NCBI GenBank assembly: GCA_965197745.1
Contig: CBDANS010000007.1
Location: 1,824,001 to 1,888,000, forward strand
DNA length: 64,000 nt
Source: Opitutales bacterium
GTDB taxonomy: Bacteria > Verrucomicrobiota > Verrucomicrobiia > Opitutales > PNEW01
Direction of reading: 5' to 3'
Shown: positions 19,884 through 29,590 of the stretch, in pieces
Layout of the letters: the number at the start of each line of letters is the position of its first letter
Position numbering within the stretch: the first letter of the stretch is position 1
Notes under the pieces: generated by a model
Told to the model about the DNA's origin: nothing
The model's database searches: none
What the model saw: only the letters and a program-made list of their open reading frames with translations
Program-made: the position numbers and the translations under genes

Positions 19884-21929
19884 ATGGTGAATTCGAAATC
19901 CAAACTCGAGAATGAATGCCCGGAGAAGGGAACGCGTACGCATTCAAACTGGTTAAAGGTAGGGGTTCACCTCTCAGTGATTTTTATCCTGTCGACATTG
20001 ATATTCGGGAATACCCTGAACAATGTTCTTCACCTGGATTCAATTTACCGTGTAGGGAACAACCCCGAGCTTGATAAGGTCTGGCCTCCCTGGAGGCATT
20101 TTACCGATCCGCGCACAAGCACATCGATACCACAAATTACGGCATTCCGTCCATTGCTTCCGCTGACCCTATCAATAAATAATGCCTTCAGTGATTTTAT
20201 AGGATGTGAAAGGTTAACAGGATTTCATCTCGGAAATATCGCGATCCACATTGGGACCTCTTTTATTCTCTATTTTTTCTTTATAGAATTACTTCAGTAT
20301 TGGGCGAAACTCGCAAAGCCCAAAAGGGATCTATGCAATATAGCGTTTGCCTCAACCTTAATTTTTGCAGTTCATCCTATATCCGGTGTTCCCGTAAACT
20401 ACATAGCGGCGCGTGATCTACTTTTGATGATGTTTTTCCTTATGGGATCTCTTTTCACATATGTGAGAATGAGACGTCTCGGTGAAACATTTACCGGATG
20501 GGCCTTTTCCCTGGGCCTACTCTCTCTATCGATGCTTTCGAAGCAGAATAGTGTGGTCGCGCCTGTATTGATATTTACCTTCGAGCTTCTTTTTGCTCGT
20601 CACTCCTATCGATCATGGAAAACCTGGTTATACCCACTCGCCTTCGGAAGTGTCATCGCCATTTTTTTTGTATGGACAGAAATCATACTCGATTTTTCCG
20701 ATCTGGGTCAGCTCCACACCGAAGCGATGACTCCATGGATTTATGCATGCACTATGGGACGAGTCCATCTCTTATACTATATACGAAATTTTATTTGGCC
20801 CTTTTCCATGCGGCCTCTCCCTTACATCGAAGCAGCGGAAGGAATATTCGATCCCGGAGTTATCATCGGCATTATCTTTATCCTCATAATTCTCGTAATC
20901 GCTTTCGTTTTCTGGCGCCGTGCGCCATTACTGAGCTGGTGCATCCTCTCATACTGGGGACTATTCGCTCCAACTTCATCCATCCGCCCATTTCGCTATC
21001 TTGTCGTTGACTATCGGCAGTACCCTTCGCTCGCATTTTTAAGCCTGGGACTAATACTTGGCCTTACTCTGTTGTTGTCTAATATTCCCAGGCAACGCCT
21101 GATCTGCTCTATAATAGTTGCCGTGGTAATTTGTTATTTTGGGATCTCTACATTTTTTATGAATAGAATCTGGCAAACTGAAGAAAAATTCTGGGGACAA
21201 AGTGTGCGTTATGGGGCAACAGCTCTTGCTCACATGAATTACGCTATGAGCATCCAGTATAAAAATCCACCATTAGCGGAAAAACATTTTCATGACACCC
21301 TAAAACTATCTCCAGGACATACCTATACGCATATAAATCTCGGATTGTTCTACATTCGATCGGGTAAGGTCGAAGAAGGTCTCAGTTACGTAAAAAAAGC
21401 TACTCAACTTGCTCCTAGCTGGGCCATAAGCCACTATTGGCTATCCAAAGCTTATCGTCAGGTAGGAAAATTGGCTGAAGCACAGGTAGAGAGCCATCGT
21501 GCCGCGGACCTGGATCCACGCAACGCTAAATACCAATACCAGGCTGCCTGGGATTTACAGGAACAAGGTGATGTCCTAAGATCACTCCCCTACTTGGAAC
21601 GCGTAGCCCGGATCAGTCCGGGCTATAAAATAGCTAATTTTCTTGAAGGATTTGCTCTCCAGAAAGCGGGGCGCTGGAAAGAGGCTGAATACAAGTACCG
21701 CCATTTTCTCCAGCAAAAACCGGATCATGCTCAGACTCACTTTAACCTGGCTTATGGATTAATGAACCATGGCGAACATACTGATGCTATAGATTTCTTT
21801 ATGGAGGCGCTTCGTCTGAATCCGGATATGAGTTCAACCCACCATTGGCTCTCAATATGCTATGACGAACTTGGGAACTCAGAAAAGGCAGCTTATTATA
21901 GGGCACAATATGAAGCGACTAAACATTGA
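19884..21929 (+). CDS. TMTC-like multi-TM (GT-C fold) protein with C-terminal TPRs
   Basis: NNP, FRPL, FHLGNIAIH, FAVHP, LSK motifs, about ten hydrophobic helices, then several TPR repeats. Confidence 0.8.
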   Translation: MVNSKSKLENECPEKGTRTHSNWLKVGVHLSVIFILSTLIFGNTLNNVLHLDSIYRVGNNPELDKVWPPWRHFTDPRTSTSIPQITAFRPLLPLTLSINNAFSDFIGCERLTGFHLGNIAIHIGTSFILYFFFIELLQYWAKLAKPKRDLCNIAFASTLIFAVHPISGVPVNYIAARDLLLMMFFLMGSLFTYVRMRRLGETFTGWAFSLGLLSLSMLSKQNSVVAPVLIFTFELLFARHSYRSWKTWLYPLAFGSVIAIFFVWTEIILDFSDLGQLHTEAMTPWIYACTMGRVHLLYYIRNFIWPFSMRPLPYIEAAEGIFDPGVIIGIIFILIILVIAFVFWRRAPLLSWCILSYWGLFAPTSSIRPFRYLVVDYRQYPSLAFLSLGLILGLTLLLSNIPRQRLICSIIVAVVICYFGISTFFMNRIWQTEEKFWGQSVRYGATALAHMNYAMSIQYKNPPLAEKHFHDTLKLSPGHTYTHINLGLFYIRSGKVEEGLSYVKKATQLAPSWAISHYWLSKAYRQVGKLAEAQVESHRAADLDPRNAKYQYQAAWDLQEQGDVLRSLPYLERVARISPGYKIANFLEGFALQKAGRWKEAEYKYRHFLQQKPDHAQTHFNLAYGLMNHGEHTDAIDFFMEALRLNPDMSSTHHWLSICYDELGNSEKAAYYRAQYEATKH

Positions 21930-21967
21930 GATCTTGCCTCATCACTTCGGGATTATAAAGTAGTAGA

Positions 21968-22044
<77 letters not shown>

Positions 22045-22082
22045 AATTAGGCAAAGTTGAGTAATTAGGAGTGAATTGAATA

Positions 22083-22364
22083 TCAACTCAAGGTTTTTTT
22101 TGCTTTAGGTTGTAATCCCGTCATAGCAAAAAACCCATTTCCACCCTTTTGTCTTTTAAGCTTATTCTACAAAATTCGGGCATGGGATAGATTCATAGGT
22201 CTACTAAACCATACAATACTCCAAGGGCCTCTGCTCCGTGTCCACCGACTTACGCCCGAATTATGATCTTCCTGACGTTTGTGAAAATTATTGCTCAGTC
22301 CAATATAAAAACTCCCCACTGAATTTTGCAATACATAGACATGGTAGAGAGGGTCCGTGCGCAT
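22083..22364 (-). pseudogene. Small GIY-YIG endonuclease with an internal TAG at 22167-22169
   Basis: HVYVLQN...FYIG...KRQEDHNSG...WT...GPW...ARIL*NKLKRQKGG; the second copy has Glu at the stop position. Confidence 0.85.
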
Positions 22365-22491
22365 GAGTTTAAGAATAATTAACTCAGAATCTTTTATCGG
22401 CACAACCTGCGCTATGTTAATACTTCCATAACGACAGTTTGGAGATTAATTGGCCATAAGCTGATTTTACGCCGATCCCGCAGTTGCGGGA

Positions 22492-22530
22492 TTATGAGCC
22501 TGACGAGCTACCGGACTGCTCCACCCTGCA
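22492..22530 (-). pseudogene. 5' half of tRNA-Met, truncated after the anticodon loop and fused to an 18-bp palindrome (22475-22492)
   Basis: Identical to 22006-22044; continues into ATCCCGCA-AC-TGCGGGAT. Confidence 0.9.
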
Positions 22531-22942
22531 AAGTAGGCAAAGGTGAGTAATTAGGAGTGAATTGATTATCAACTCAAGTTTTTTTTGCTCAGGTTGTAAT
22601 CCAGTCATGGCAAAAACCTCTTTTCCACCCTTTTGTCTTTTAAGCTTGTTTTCCAGAATTTGGGTATGGGATAGATTCATAGAGCGGCTATGCAATACAA
22701 TACTCCAGGGGCCTTTGTTCTGTGTCCACCGATTCACGCATCAATTATGATCATCCTCGAAAAATGCGTGTCCGCTATCATATAAAATCTTCTTGCTTTC
22801 CTCAAAGCAGTAGCTATTTCTGACTGTTTCACAATGGCTGGGTCTGTCCCGATGATTTCACCCATAAATTTTAATACACCTACGAATATACATTATATAA
22901 TACAGCTAGTATTCGGTTAGCTCCGGCTATTAACGGTCAGAT

Positions 22943-23815
22943 ATGAATATCACCATAAACGATCTACTTGACGCAGGCGTCCACTTCGGACACCAGTTGC
23001 GTCGCTTCAATCCCAAGGTGAAAAAATTTGTTTTCGACAACCGCCATGGAATCTCCGTCATCGACCTGGAACAGACTTTTTCCCTCCTCGAAGATGCGAC
23101 CAAATATATTGAGGAACTTGTAGCATCGGGTAAAAATATACTTTTTGTCGGAACCAAGCGACAGGCTCAGGAGATAATCCGCGAAGCTGCCACGTCCTGT
23201 CAGATGCCCTTTTGTGCTAATCGATGGATGGGAGGAACCCTCACCAATTTTGCCACTATAAAATCCAGCCTGGATAAATATAAGAACTATCTCGCCATGG
23301 ATGCCGACGGTTCACTTGACGAGCTGCACAACAAAGAGGCAGCTGCCATCCGCCGTGAGATGAACCGGATGCAACGCAACTTTGAAGGCCTCATTGAAAT
23401 GGATGGACTGCCCTCGGCCCTCTTCGTGATCGACATCAATCATGAAGAAATCGCGGTAGCCGAAGCCAAAAGAGTAAATACTCCGGTGATCGCGCTCGTT
23501 GACACTAACAGCAACCCTAACCTCGTCGATAAGCCAATTCCCGGTAATGATGACTCGATTAAATCCATACGCGTAATAGTTGAGACGGTCGTAGAAGCAG
23601 TGCAAAATGGGCTCTCTCAAAGGGAAGCTCAATCCTCTACGGCAATAGGGATAACCCCTATTGTGCGTGAATTTACAAAAGAAGAACAGCTCCCCATTAC
23701 CGCTCCAACCATTCCTACGGGTGAAGAAGAAGCGACAAGCGACATTCCTACGTCGTACTCTACAGACTCTGATGATGAAACATCAGGGGGCACACAAGGC
23801 CCGTTGTCTAAATAG
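22943..23815 (+). CDS. rpsB: 30S ribosomal protein S2
   Basis: DAGVHFGH, FVGTKRQA, RWMGGTLTN, PGNDDS. Confidence 0.98.
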   Translation: MNITINDLLDAGVHFGHQLRRFNPKVKKFVFDNRHGISVIDLEQTFSLLEDATKYIEELVASGKNILFVGTKRQAQEIIREAATSCQMPFCANRWMGGTLTNFATIKSSLDKYKNYLAMDADGSLDELHNKEAAAIRREMNRMQRNFEGLIEMDGLPSALFVIDINHEEIAVAEAKRVNTPVIALVDTNSNPNLVDKPIPGNDDSIKSIRVIVETVVEAVQNGLSQREAQSSTAIGITPIVREFTKEEQLPITAPTIPTGEEEATSDIPTSYSTDSDDETSGGTQGPLSK

Positions 23816-23858
23816 ATATATTTTCTCTCCAAGTTGGAATAATTACTCAGGTAATAAT

Positions 23859-24452
23859 ATGACTGTTGAAATTACAGCTAAAATGGTCAGCTCTTTACGA
23901 TCAGCAACAGGCGCCGGTCTCATGGATTGCAAGAAAGCATTGACCGAGGCTAAGGGTGATTCTGAACAGGCTATCCTGATTCTGCGCAAGAAGGGCATGG
24001 CGGCAGCGGAAAAAAAACTCGACCGCAGCGCCAGTGAAGGACTGATTGAGCAATACATTCACCTGGGAGGCAAGGTCGGTGTTCTCTTGGAAGTCAATTG
24101 TGAGACTGACTTTGTAGCAAAAACGGATGACTTCAAAAAACTTGTTAAAGACATTTGTCTCCACATTGCAGCGGCAAATCCGATTTGCATATCCAGCGAT
24201 GAGGTGCCAAAAGAATTAATTGAAAAAGAGCGTGATATCGCAGCGTCCCAAATTCAAAATAAACCACCTGATATTATTCAAAAAATAATTGAAGGAAAAT
24301 TGGTAAAATATTTCCAGGAAGTCTGCCTGATTGAGCAACCCTTTGTTAAAAATCCAGATCAAACGATAAAGGATCTGATTACAGAAAAGATCGCCAAGCT
24401 TGGTGAAAACATCGTAATTCGTCGTTTTACACGCTACCAGATGGGCGATTAA
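23859..24452 (+). CDS. tsf: Elongation factor Ts (short form)
   Basis: TGAGLMDCKKAL, EVNCETDFVA, GENIVIRRF; ATG at 23859. Confidence 0.97.
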   Translation: MTVEITAKMVSSLRSATGAGLMDCKKALTEAKGDSEQAILILRKKGMAAAEKKLDRSASEGLIEQYIHLGGKVGVLLEVNCETDFVAKTDDFKKLVKDICLHIAAANPICISSDEVPKELIEKERDIAASQIQNKPPDIIQKIIEGKLVKYFQEVCLIEQPFVKNPDQTIKDLITEKIAKLGENIVIRRFTRYQMGD

Positions 24453-24479
24453 GAGGGTTTTCCAACCCTTAGTGCTGAC

Positions 24480-25409
24480 TTATAAACCCAATAGCTCTGT
24501 CATAAAAGCACTGAGCTTTTCCTGCTCTTCATCACTGAGCGAATAGTACGGCGATCTTCGATAGCGTTTGGAAAGTCCGGCACATTCTAAAATGCCGTGA
24601 ATAGCCGCGTCACGGCTTCCTCTTACGTTATTATTATAATCGAAAAAAGGCATATCGAAATCACGAATAATTACAGCCGCAGTTTTTATATTCCCTTCAA
24701 GAATGGCGTGCCAATAGCGCCAGGTTAATTCAGGCTTAAAAATAATAAAATTCGAGAAATATCCATTAACCCCATAAGGTAGCATGTTCATATGATTCTG
24801 TTTTAATCCCCCTGCAATAATCGCCCACTGTTCATAGGCCATGAGGCATACCTTGCGCACAAATTCACCGCAGACGTCATCTTTCAGGGCAACGACCCCT
24901 GGGGCTCTCTCAATGAGCGCCTCGATAACATTATAAGAAAAAGCTAACGGTCGATACTTGAGATAATTGGTTACAATCATAACGGGAATATGTTTCCCCA
25001 CTGCGCTATAATGACCGACAAGTGAATCCACAGTTGTCGATTGAGCCCAATCAGGCGGTAAAACCATAAGCATGTCCGCACCGAGCTGAACGCAATATTT
25101 TGCGAAATCGACAGCTTTACCGGTCCACCAGGTCCCCGTTGCTGCGACGACAATTACGCGTTTATTGACATGCGCTACAATAAATTTGGTGATCTCAGCT
25201 ATTTCATCATCAGTAAGGACTGAAAATAAGCTATTACCCCAAGTAAGGATAATATTTTTGGCCCCAGCGCTAATGACAGTGTCTATTTGTCGACGCAGTC
25301 CATTCCAGTCGATTTCACCATTTTTTTCAAATGGAGTCCGGACTGAAGGACAAGGTCCGGTCAGGGCTTCACGCAATTCGAGAGGACATTTTTCTTTTTT
25401 TTGCCCCAT
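24480..25409 (-). CDS. DHDPS/N-acetylneuraminate lyase family aldolase, copy 2
   Basis: TPF-x3-GEID, GADMLMVLPP, ALKDD (Schiff-base Lys). Confidence 0.8.
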   Translation of the reverse strand: MGQKKEKCPLELREALTGPCPSVRTPFEKNGEIDWNGLRRQIDTVISAGAKNIILTWGNSLFSVLTDDEIAEITKFIVAHVNKRVIVVAATGTWWTGKAVDFAKYCVQLGADMLMVLPPDWAQSTTVDSLVGHYSAVGKHIPVMIVTNYLKYRPLAFSYNVIEALIERAPGVVALKDDVCGEFVRKVCLMAYEQWAIIAGGLKQNHMNMLPYGVNGYFSNFIIFKPELTWRYWHAILEGNIKTAAVIIRDFDMPFFDYNNNVRGSRDAAIHGILECAGLSKRYRRSPYYSLSDEEQEKLSAFMTELLGL

Positions 25410-25447
25410 GGTTTTAGGGGTAAAATATAATTTACCGTTCAGAATTT

Positions 25448-26377
25448 TTATTCGCTGTAGCGCTCAGTAATAAAAGATTGGAGCTTTTCCATTTGTTTAT
25501 CACTAAGCGAATGATAAGGCGCCCTTCTATAGCGTTTTGAATGGCCTGCGAGCTCCAGAATTCCATGTAAAGCTGCGTCTCGTCCCCCCTCGAAGGTGTT
25601 TATGAATTCGAATAGTGGCATATCGTAATCGCGAATAAATGCTGCTGCCTCCTCTATCTTACCATCAAATATGGCATTCCAATAGCGCCAGGCCAATTCG
25701 GGTCGAAAAATAATAAATACTGAAAAGTTACCGTCTACCCCATAGGGCACCATATTCATATGATTTTGTTTTATCCCTCCCGCGATAATAGCCCAGTGAT
25801 CATAAGCGATTAAACATACCTTTCGAACAAACTCGCCACACACATCATCTTTAAGGGCAACCACTCCCGTAGCGCGTTCAACCAGGGATTCTATAACCTG
25901 GTAGGAAAAAGGTCGCGGCCTGTTATTGAGATAATTGGTCACTATCATAACAGGAATATGTTCACCTGCCGTACTGTAATGTGCGACAAGAGTCTCCACA
26001 GTTGTTGATGCCCCCCAGTCCGGCGGTAAAACCATGAGCATGTCAGCACCGAGCTCAGCGCAATATTTTGCGAATTCAACTGTTTTTCCTGTCCACCAAA
26101 TACCACCGGCAGCTACGACCATCACACGCTTCTTAACGTGCTGCACAACCACTTTTGTAAATTCTGCAATTTCGTCGTCAGTGAGGAGGGAAAATAAGCT
26201 GTCCCCATAAGTTAAAATTACATTTTTTGCGCCGGCGTCTATGACATAATCCAGTTGTTGACGCAATCCGTTCCAATCAATCTCACCATCAATTTTAAAG
26301 GGTGTCCGTATTGAAGGACAGGGACCAGTAAGAGCTGCGCGAAGTTCTTGAGGACATATATTTTTTTCTAGCCCCAT
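25448..26377 (-). CDS. DHDPS/N-acetylneuraminate lyase family aldolase, copy 1
   Basis: Same motifs and same length (309 aa) as the downstream tandem paralog. Confidence 0.8.
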   Translation of the reverse strand: MGLEKNICPQELRAALTGPCPSIRTPFKIDGEIDWNGLRQQLDYVIDAGAKNVILTYGDSLFSLLTDDEIAEFTKVVVQHVKKRVMVVAAGGIWWTGKTVEFAKYCAELGADMLMVLPPDWGASTTVETLVAHYSTAGEHIPVMIVTNYLNNRPRPFSYQVIESLVERATGVVALKDDVCGEFVRKVCLIAYDHWAIIAGGIKQNHMNMVPYGVDGNFSVFIIFRPELAWRYWNAIFDGKIEEAAAFIRDYDMPLFEFINTFEGGRDAALHGILELAGHSKRYRRAPYHSLSDKQMEKLQSFITERYSE

Positions 26378-26393
26378 AAGATATGGTAAAACT

Positions 26394-27185
26394 TTATATC
26401 CCGCTCGCCTTTACGGCATTATCAAATTCCTCACTCCAGCGAGGAATGCTTTGAGCAACAGCCATAAAGTCACCCCCGTAATTAATAAACCTGGCACCCG
26501 CTTCAAGAAGTCCTTTCAAATCATCACCCCCTCCGGTAGGCCTCCCCCAGGCGATCCCATTTTTCTCTGCAGCATCTGCTACGCGTTTCTGTGCTTTCGT
26601 AAATCGAGGGTCTTTCAATTCCGCAGGACAACCCAGACGCAAACTTAAATCACTGGGACCGACAAAGAGGACATCGATGCCTTTGACGGCCGCAATCCCC
26701 TCAACATTATCAACCGCTTCAGGTGATTCAATTTGAACAGCAATCAACGTTTCCTGATTATAATGTTCGGTATATTCTTTCAAATTAAAGTTCGTATAAT
26801 AATCACCGTCCAAACCACCCCCATCTGCGCCTCGATCACCCAGGGGGGGGAACTTAGCGTTCTCGACAATGCTACGCGCTTGTTCCACAGAATTTACGAG
26901 GGGGACTAACAATCCAGTTGCGCCATTATCCAGATATTTCCCGATTGGAGTTCTTTCGCGTATAGAACTGGGACGGACGATACAATCGATATCACTGAAA
27001 TGTAGATTGATTAATAAGTTCTGTATGTCCTTGGGATTCCAAAAATTATGCTCAGTTTCCAGCCAAATGCCATCATAGCCATTAGCGGTGGCATATTTTG
27101 GGAGCATTGATATACTGGTATAAGAACATAGGGTCCTTGCAACTTGACCACTGCGAAGCTTTTTCAGCACTTTTGAACTTCTCAT
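26394..27185 (-). CDS. HpcH/HpaI class II pyruvate aldolase family protein
   Basis: WLETEH, IVRP, FPPLGDRG, VQIES, LFVGPSDLS. Confidence 0.88.
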   Translation of the reverse strand: MRSSKVLKKLRSGQVARTLCSYTSISMLPKYATANGYDGIWLETEHNFWNPKDIQNLLINLHFSDIDCIVRPSSIRERTPIGKYLDNGATGLLVPLVNSVEQARSIVENAKFPPLGDRGADGGGLDGDYYTNFNLKEYTEHYNQETLIAVQIESPEAVDNVEGIAAVKGIDVLFVGPSDLSLRLGCPAELKDPRFTKAQKRVADAAEKNGIAWGRPTGGGDDLKGLLEAGARFINYGGDFMAVAQSIPRWSEEFDNAVKASGI

Positions 27186-27360
27186 AATCTAAGAATTTTT
27201 AATGGGGTTAAAACATTCGCCAGCTATATATGTGAAATCGACCTGACACCCTAACTTTATAAAAGTCAAGTATCACTTGGCCTTAACCAAATGGTGTCAA
27301 TGACCTATTCAAAAATGAATGGCAGATCAACCTACCCCGTTAAAAATGTGCCGGGTCTTT

Positions 27361-27636
27361 TTAAAGATTCAACCGGTTTTTTATATCATCAATATTCACT
27401 CCCACAATTTCGACAATCTTGCGCCGTGATTTTTCGCCTCGGACCAGGGTAATCGAGAACCTGGGCAGTTTTAATCGATGAGATAAGAATTCAGTCAGAG
27501 ATTTATTCGCACGACCATTTTCAGGTGGAGCCATTAGCTTTACTTTAAGCGTCTCTCCTTGCCACCCGGTTATCTTATTGCTGGAAGCGTTTGGAACTAC
27601 GCCCACTTCAAGTCTTAATCCCCCATTAGTCGTCAT
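27361..27636 (-). CDS. DUF167 (YggU) family protein
   Basis: VVPNAS, APPENGRANK, GEKSRRK. Confidence 0.88.
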   Translation of the reverse strand: MTTNGGLRLEVGVVPNASSNKITGWQGETLKVKLMAPPENGRANKSLTEFLSHRLKLPRFSITLVRGEKSRRKIVEIVGVNIDDIKNRLNL

Positions 27637-28710
27637 TCAAGATTTTTTAGTATTAGGGTAACTACCCAGCCATTTAACCATGGGACAAGTGCTTTTTAAT
27701 TCTTCGAGAGCTTCTTGCACTTGAGTGTCTTCGTAATGACCGATAATATCGACAAAAAAGTAGTAGTCCCATAATTTACGTCGACTGGGTCGCGATTCTA
27801 TCTTGTTTAAATTGATCCCCCGCTTACTGAATGGATCAAGCGCTCCCTGCAAAGCACCCGGTTTATCTTGCAATGAAAAAACGAAACTGGATTTATCTCG
27901 CCCCTTACCCAATTTTCCTGAGGAGGCATTTCCGATAACTAAAAACCGGGTCACATTGTCTGTTTTATCCTGAATCTTTTCCGCGATCACCGGCACTTTG
28001 TAAATGGTCGCAGCTGTAGCTCCAGCAATTGCCGCTGTCCCTGGATGATTCTTAACATAGCGAACGGCATCTGCAGTGCTAGGGGCATCAATCTCCGTTA
28101 CATCCGGAAGCTGGCGAGACAACCATTGACGACATTGAGCGATGGCAATGTCTTTGGAATGTATCTCCTTGATTTCTTCCAAAGGGCAATTGGAGATGAG
28201 GCACATTGATACTTCCAGGTAAATCTCGGCAAAAATTTTCAGGTCTGTCTCCACCAGTAAATCGAGAGAATGAGTGACCGCTCCCTCGGTTGAATTCTCC
28301 ACGGCAATCACGCCATATTGCGCCTCTCCATTTTCGACGGCAGAAAATACTTCTGAAAAACTGTTTAGTGGTATGTACTTCAAGCTCGATCCAAAATTCT
28401 TGACTGCTGCTTGATGCGTAAAAGTTGCTTCGGGCCCAAGATAAGCAACAGTAATTGGTTTTTCGCGCGCAATCGCCACAGAGATGATCTCTCTATATAT
28501 TGAATGGATCGCATCATTATCCAGCGGACCCTTGTTCTTAGAATCCAATTTGCGGAAAATCTCAGCTTCCCGATTGGGATCATAAATTTCCTTCCCCGTC
28601 TTCTCTTTCAGGCGACCTATCTCGATAGCCTGTTTCACTCGCTCATTGATAAGCTCAACTATCTTACTGTCGAGGGCATCAATTTTACTTCGTATTTTAT
28701 CCAAGTCCAT
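27637..28710 (-). CDS. pheA: Chorismate mutase/prephenate dehydratase
   Basis: IRSKID...REAEI, YLGPEATF, ENSTEG, NVTRF, IESRP. Confidence 0.95.
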   Translation of the reverse strand: MDLDKIRSKIDALDSKIVELINERVKQAIEIGRLKEKTGKEIYDPNREAEIFRKLDSKNKGPLDNDAIHSIYREIISVAIAREKPITVAYLGPEATFTHQAAVKNFGSSLKYIPLNSFSEVFSAVENGEAQYGVIAVENSTEGAVTHSLDLLVETDLKIFAEIYLEVSMCLISNCPLEEIKEIHSKDIAIAQCRQWLSRQLPDVTEIDAPSTADAVRYVKNHPGTAAIAGATAATIYKVPVIAEKIQDKTDNVTRFLVIGNASSGKLGKGRDKSSFVFSLQDKPGALQGALDPFSKRGINLNKIESRPSRRKLWDYYFFVDIIGHYEDTQVQEALEELKSTCPMVKWLGSYPNTKKS

Positions 28711-28718
28711 TTATGCAA

Positions 28719-29429
28719 TTACATGTTATCTGATTCCGGAAGCCCGACATCAGCATCACTCAAGGATTCGGCTTCACCCGAGGATGCCTGGCGAATCCAT
28801 TCATTTATCTGTTGCGGCGAAAGGACATCTGACGCCGGAAGTTCTTCAATGGAACGCAACCCGCAAAATTCCAGAAACTTATCACAGGTTTCATATTGCA
28901 GTGGACGTCCCGGTAAATCAGCTCTTCCTGTCACCATTATAAGTTCATGCTCAAGCAGGGTGTTAATGGCGCTGTCTGAGGAGACCCCTCGGACGGATTC
29001 TATCTCAGATCTTGTCATAGGTTGGCGATAAGCAACAATGGCCAGAGTTTCCATGGCCGCCTGGCTAAGTTTATGGGGCTTGGGATCGTCTCGCAGCAGC
29101 CGCACCCAATCCGCAAAATCTGGACTCACCGAGAATCGGTAACCTCTCGGACCTTCTACCAACCGGTAAACTTCTTTTTCCTCCAGTACTTCGCTGGCAA
29201 GGGTTTCCATAGCATCACGTATTTGTGTTGCTGTGACTAAGGATGGGACTTGACTGACAATATCCTCCATAATGTCTTGGTCTTCCTCATCCTCTAAGAG
29301 CATATCCTCTCTCGAGGATGCAGGCAGTTCGTGGTAACGGGTAATAACCGCCTGTATATCTTTAATCGTTAGAGACTCAGAAGATGAAAAGAGAAGTGCT
29401 TTAAGTATTTTTTGAAGATTAAACTCCAT
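28719..29429 (-). CDS. scpB: SMC-Scp complex subunit ScpB
   Basis: LSQAAMETLAIVAYRQP, IESVRGV, PGRP, FLEFCGL. Confidence 0.93.
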   Translation of the reverse strand: MEFNLQKILKALLFSSSESLTIKDIQAVITRYHELPASSREDMLLEDEEDQDIMEDIVSQVPSLVTATQIRDAMETLASEVLEEKEVYRLVEGPRGYRFSVSPDFADWVRLLRDDPKPHKLSQAAMETLAIVAYRQPMTRSEIESVRGVSSDSAINTLLEHELIMVTGRADLPGRPLQYETCDKFLEFCGLRSIEELPASDVLSPQQINEWIRQASSGEAESLSDADVGLPESDNM

Positions 29430-29590
29430 TTAAATTTTTATAAGAAGAGATAAGAGACAAGTAAAAGGACGATCTAAGATAATAAAATGTGATTGTAGTT
29501 TAAGCGGCAATCACTTCATATGTAAAACCCAAATCTTTTATCAATATTAAAGTAACTGACCCCAAGAACAACCATATTAAAATATAAGTG

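Noticed and set aside
9899..21967. Integrative island at the 3' end of tRNA-Met
   Set aside because: No integrase and no duplicated tRNA 3' end found; kept only as an accessory-looking block.
22800..22942. rpsB leader regulatory RNA
   Set aside because: Plausible by position, but no structure could be supported from the sequence alone.
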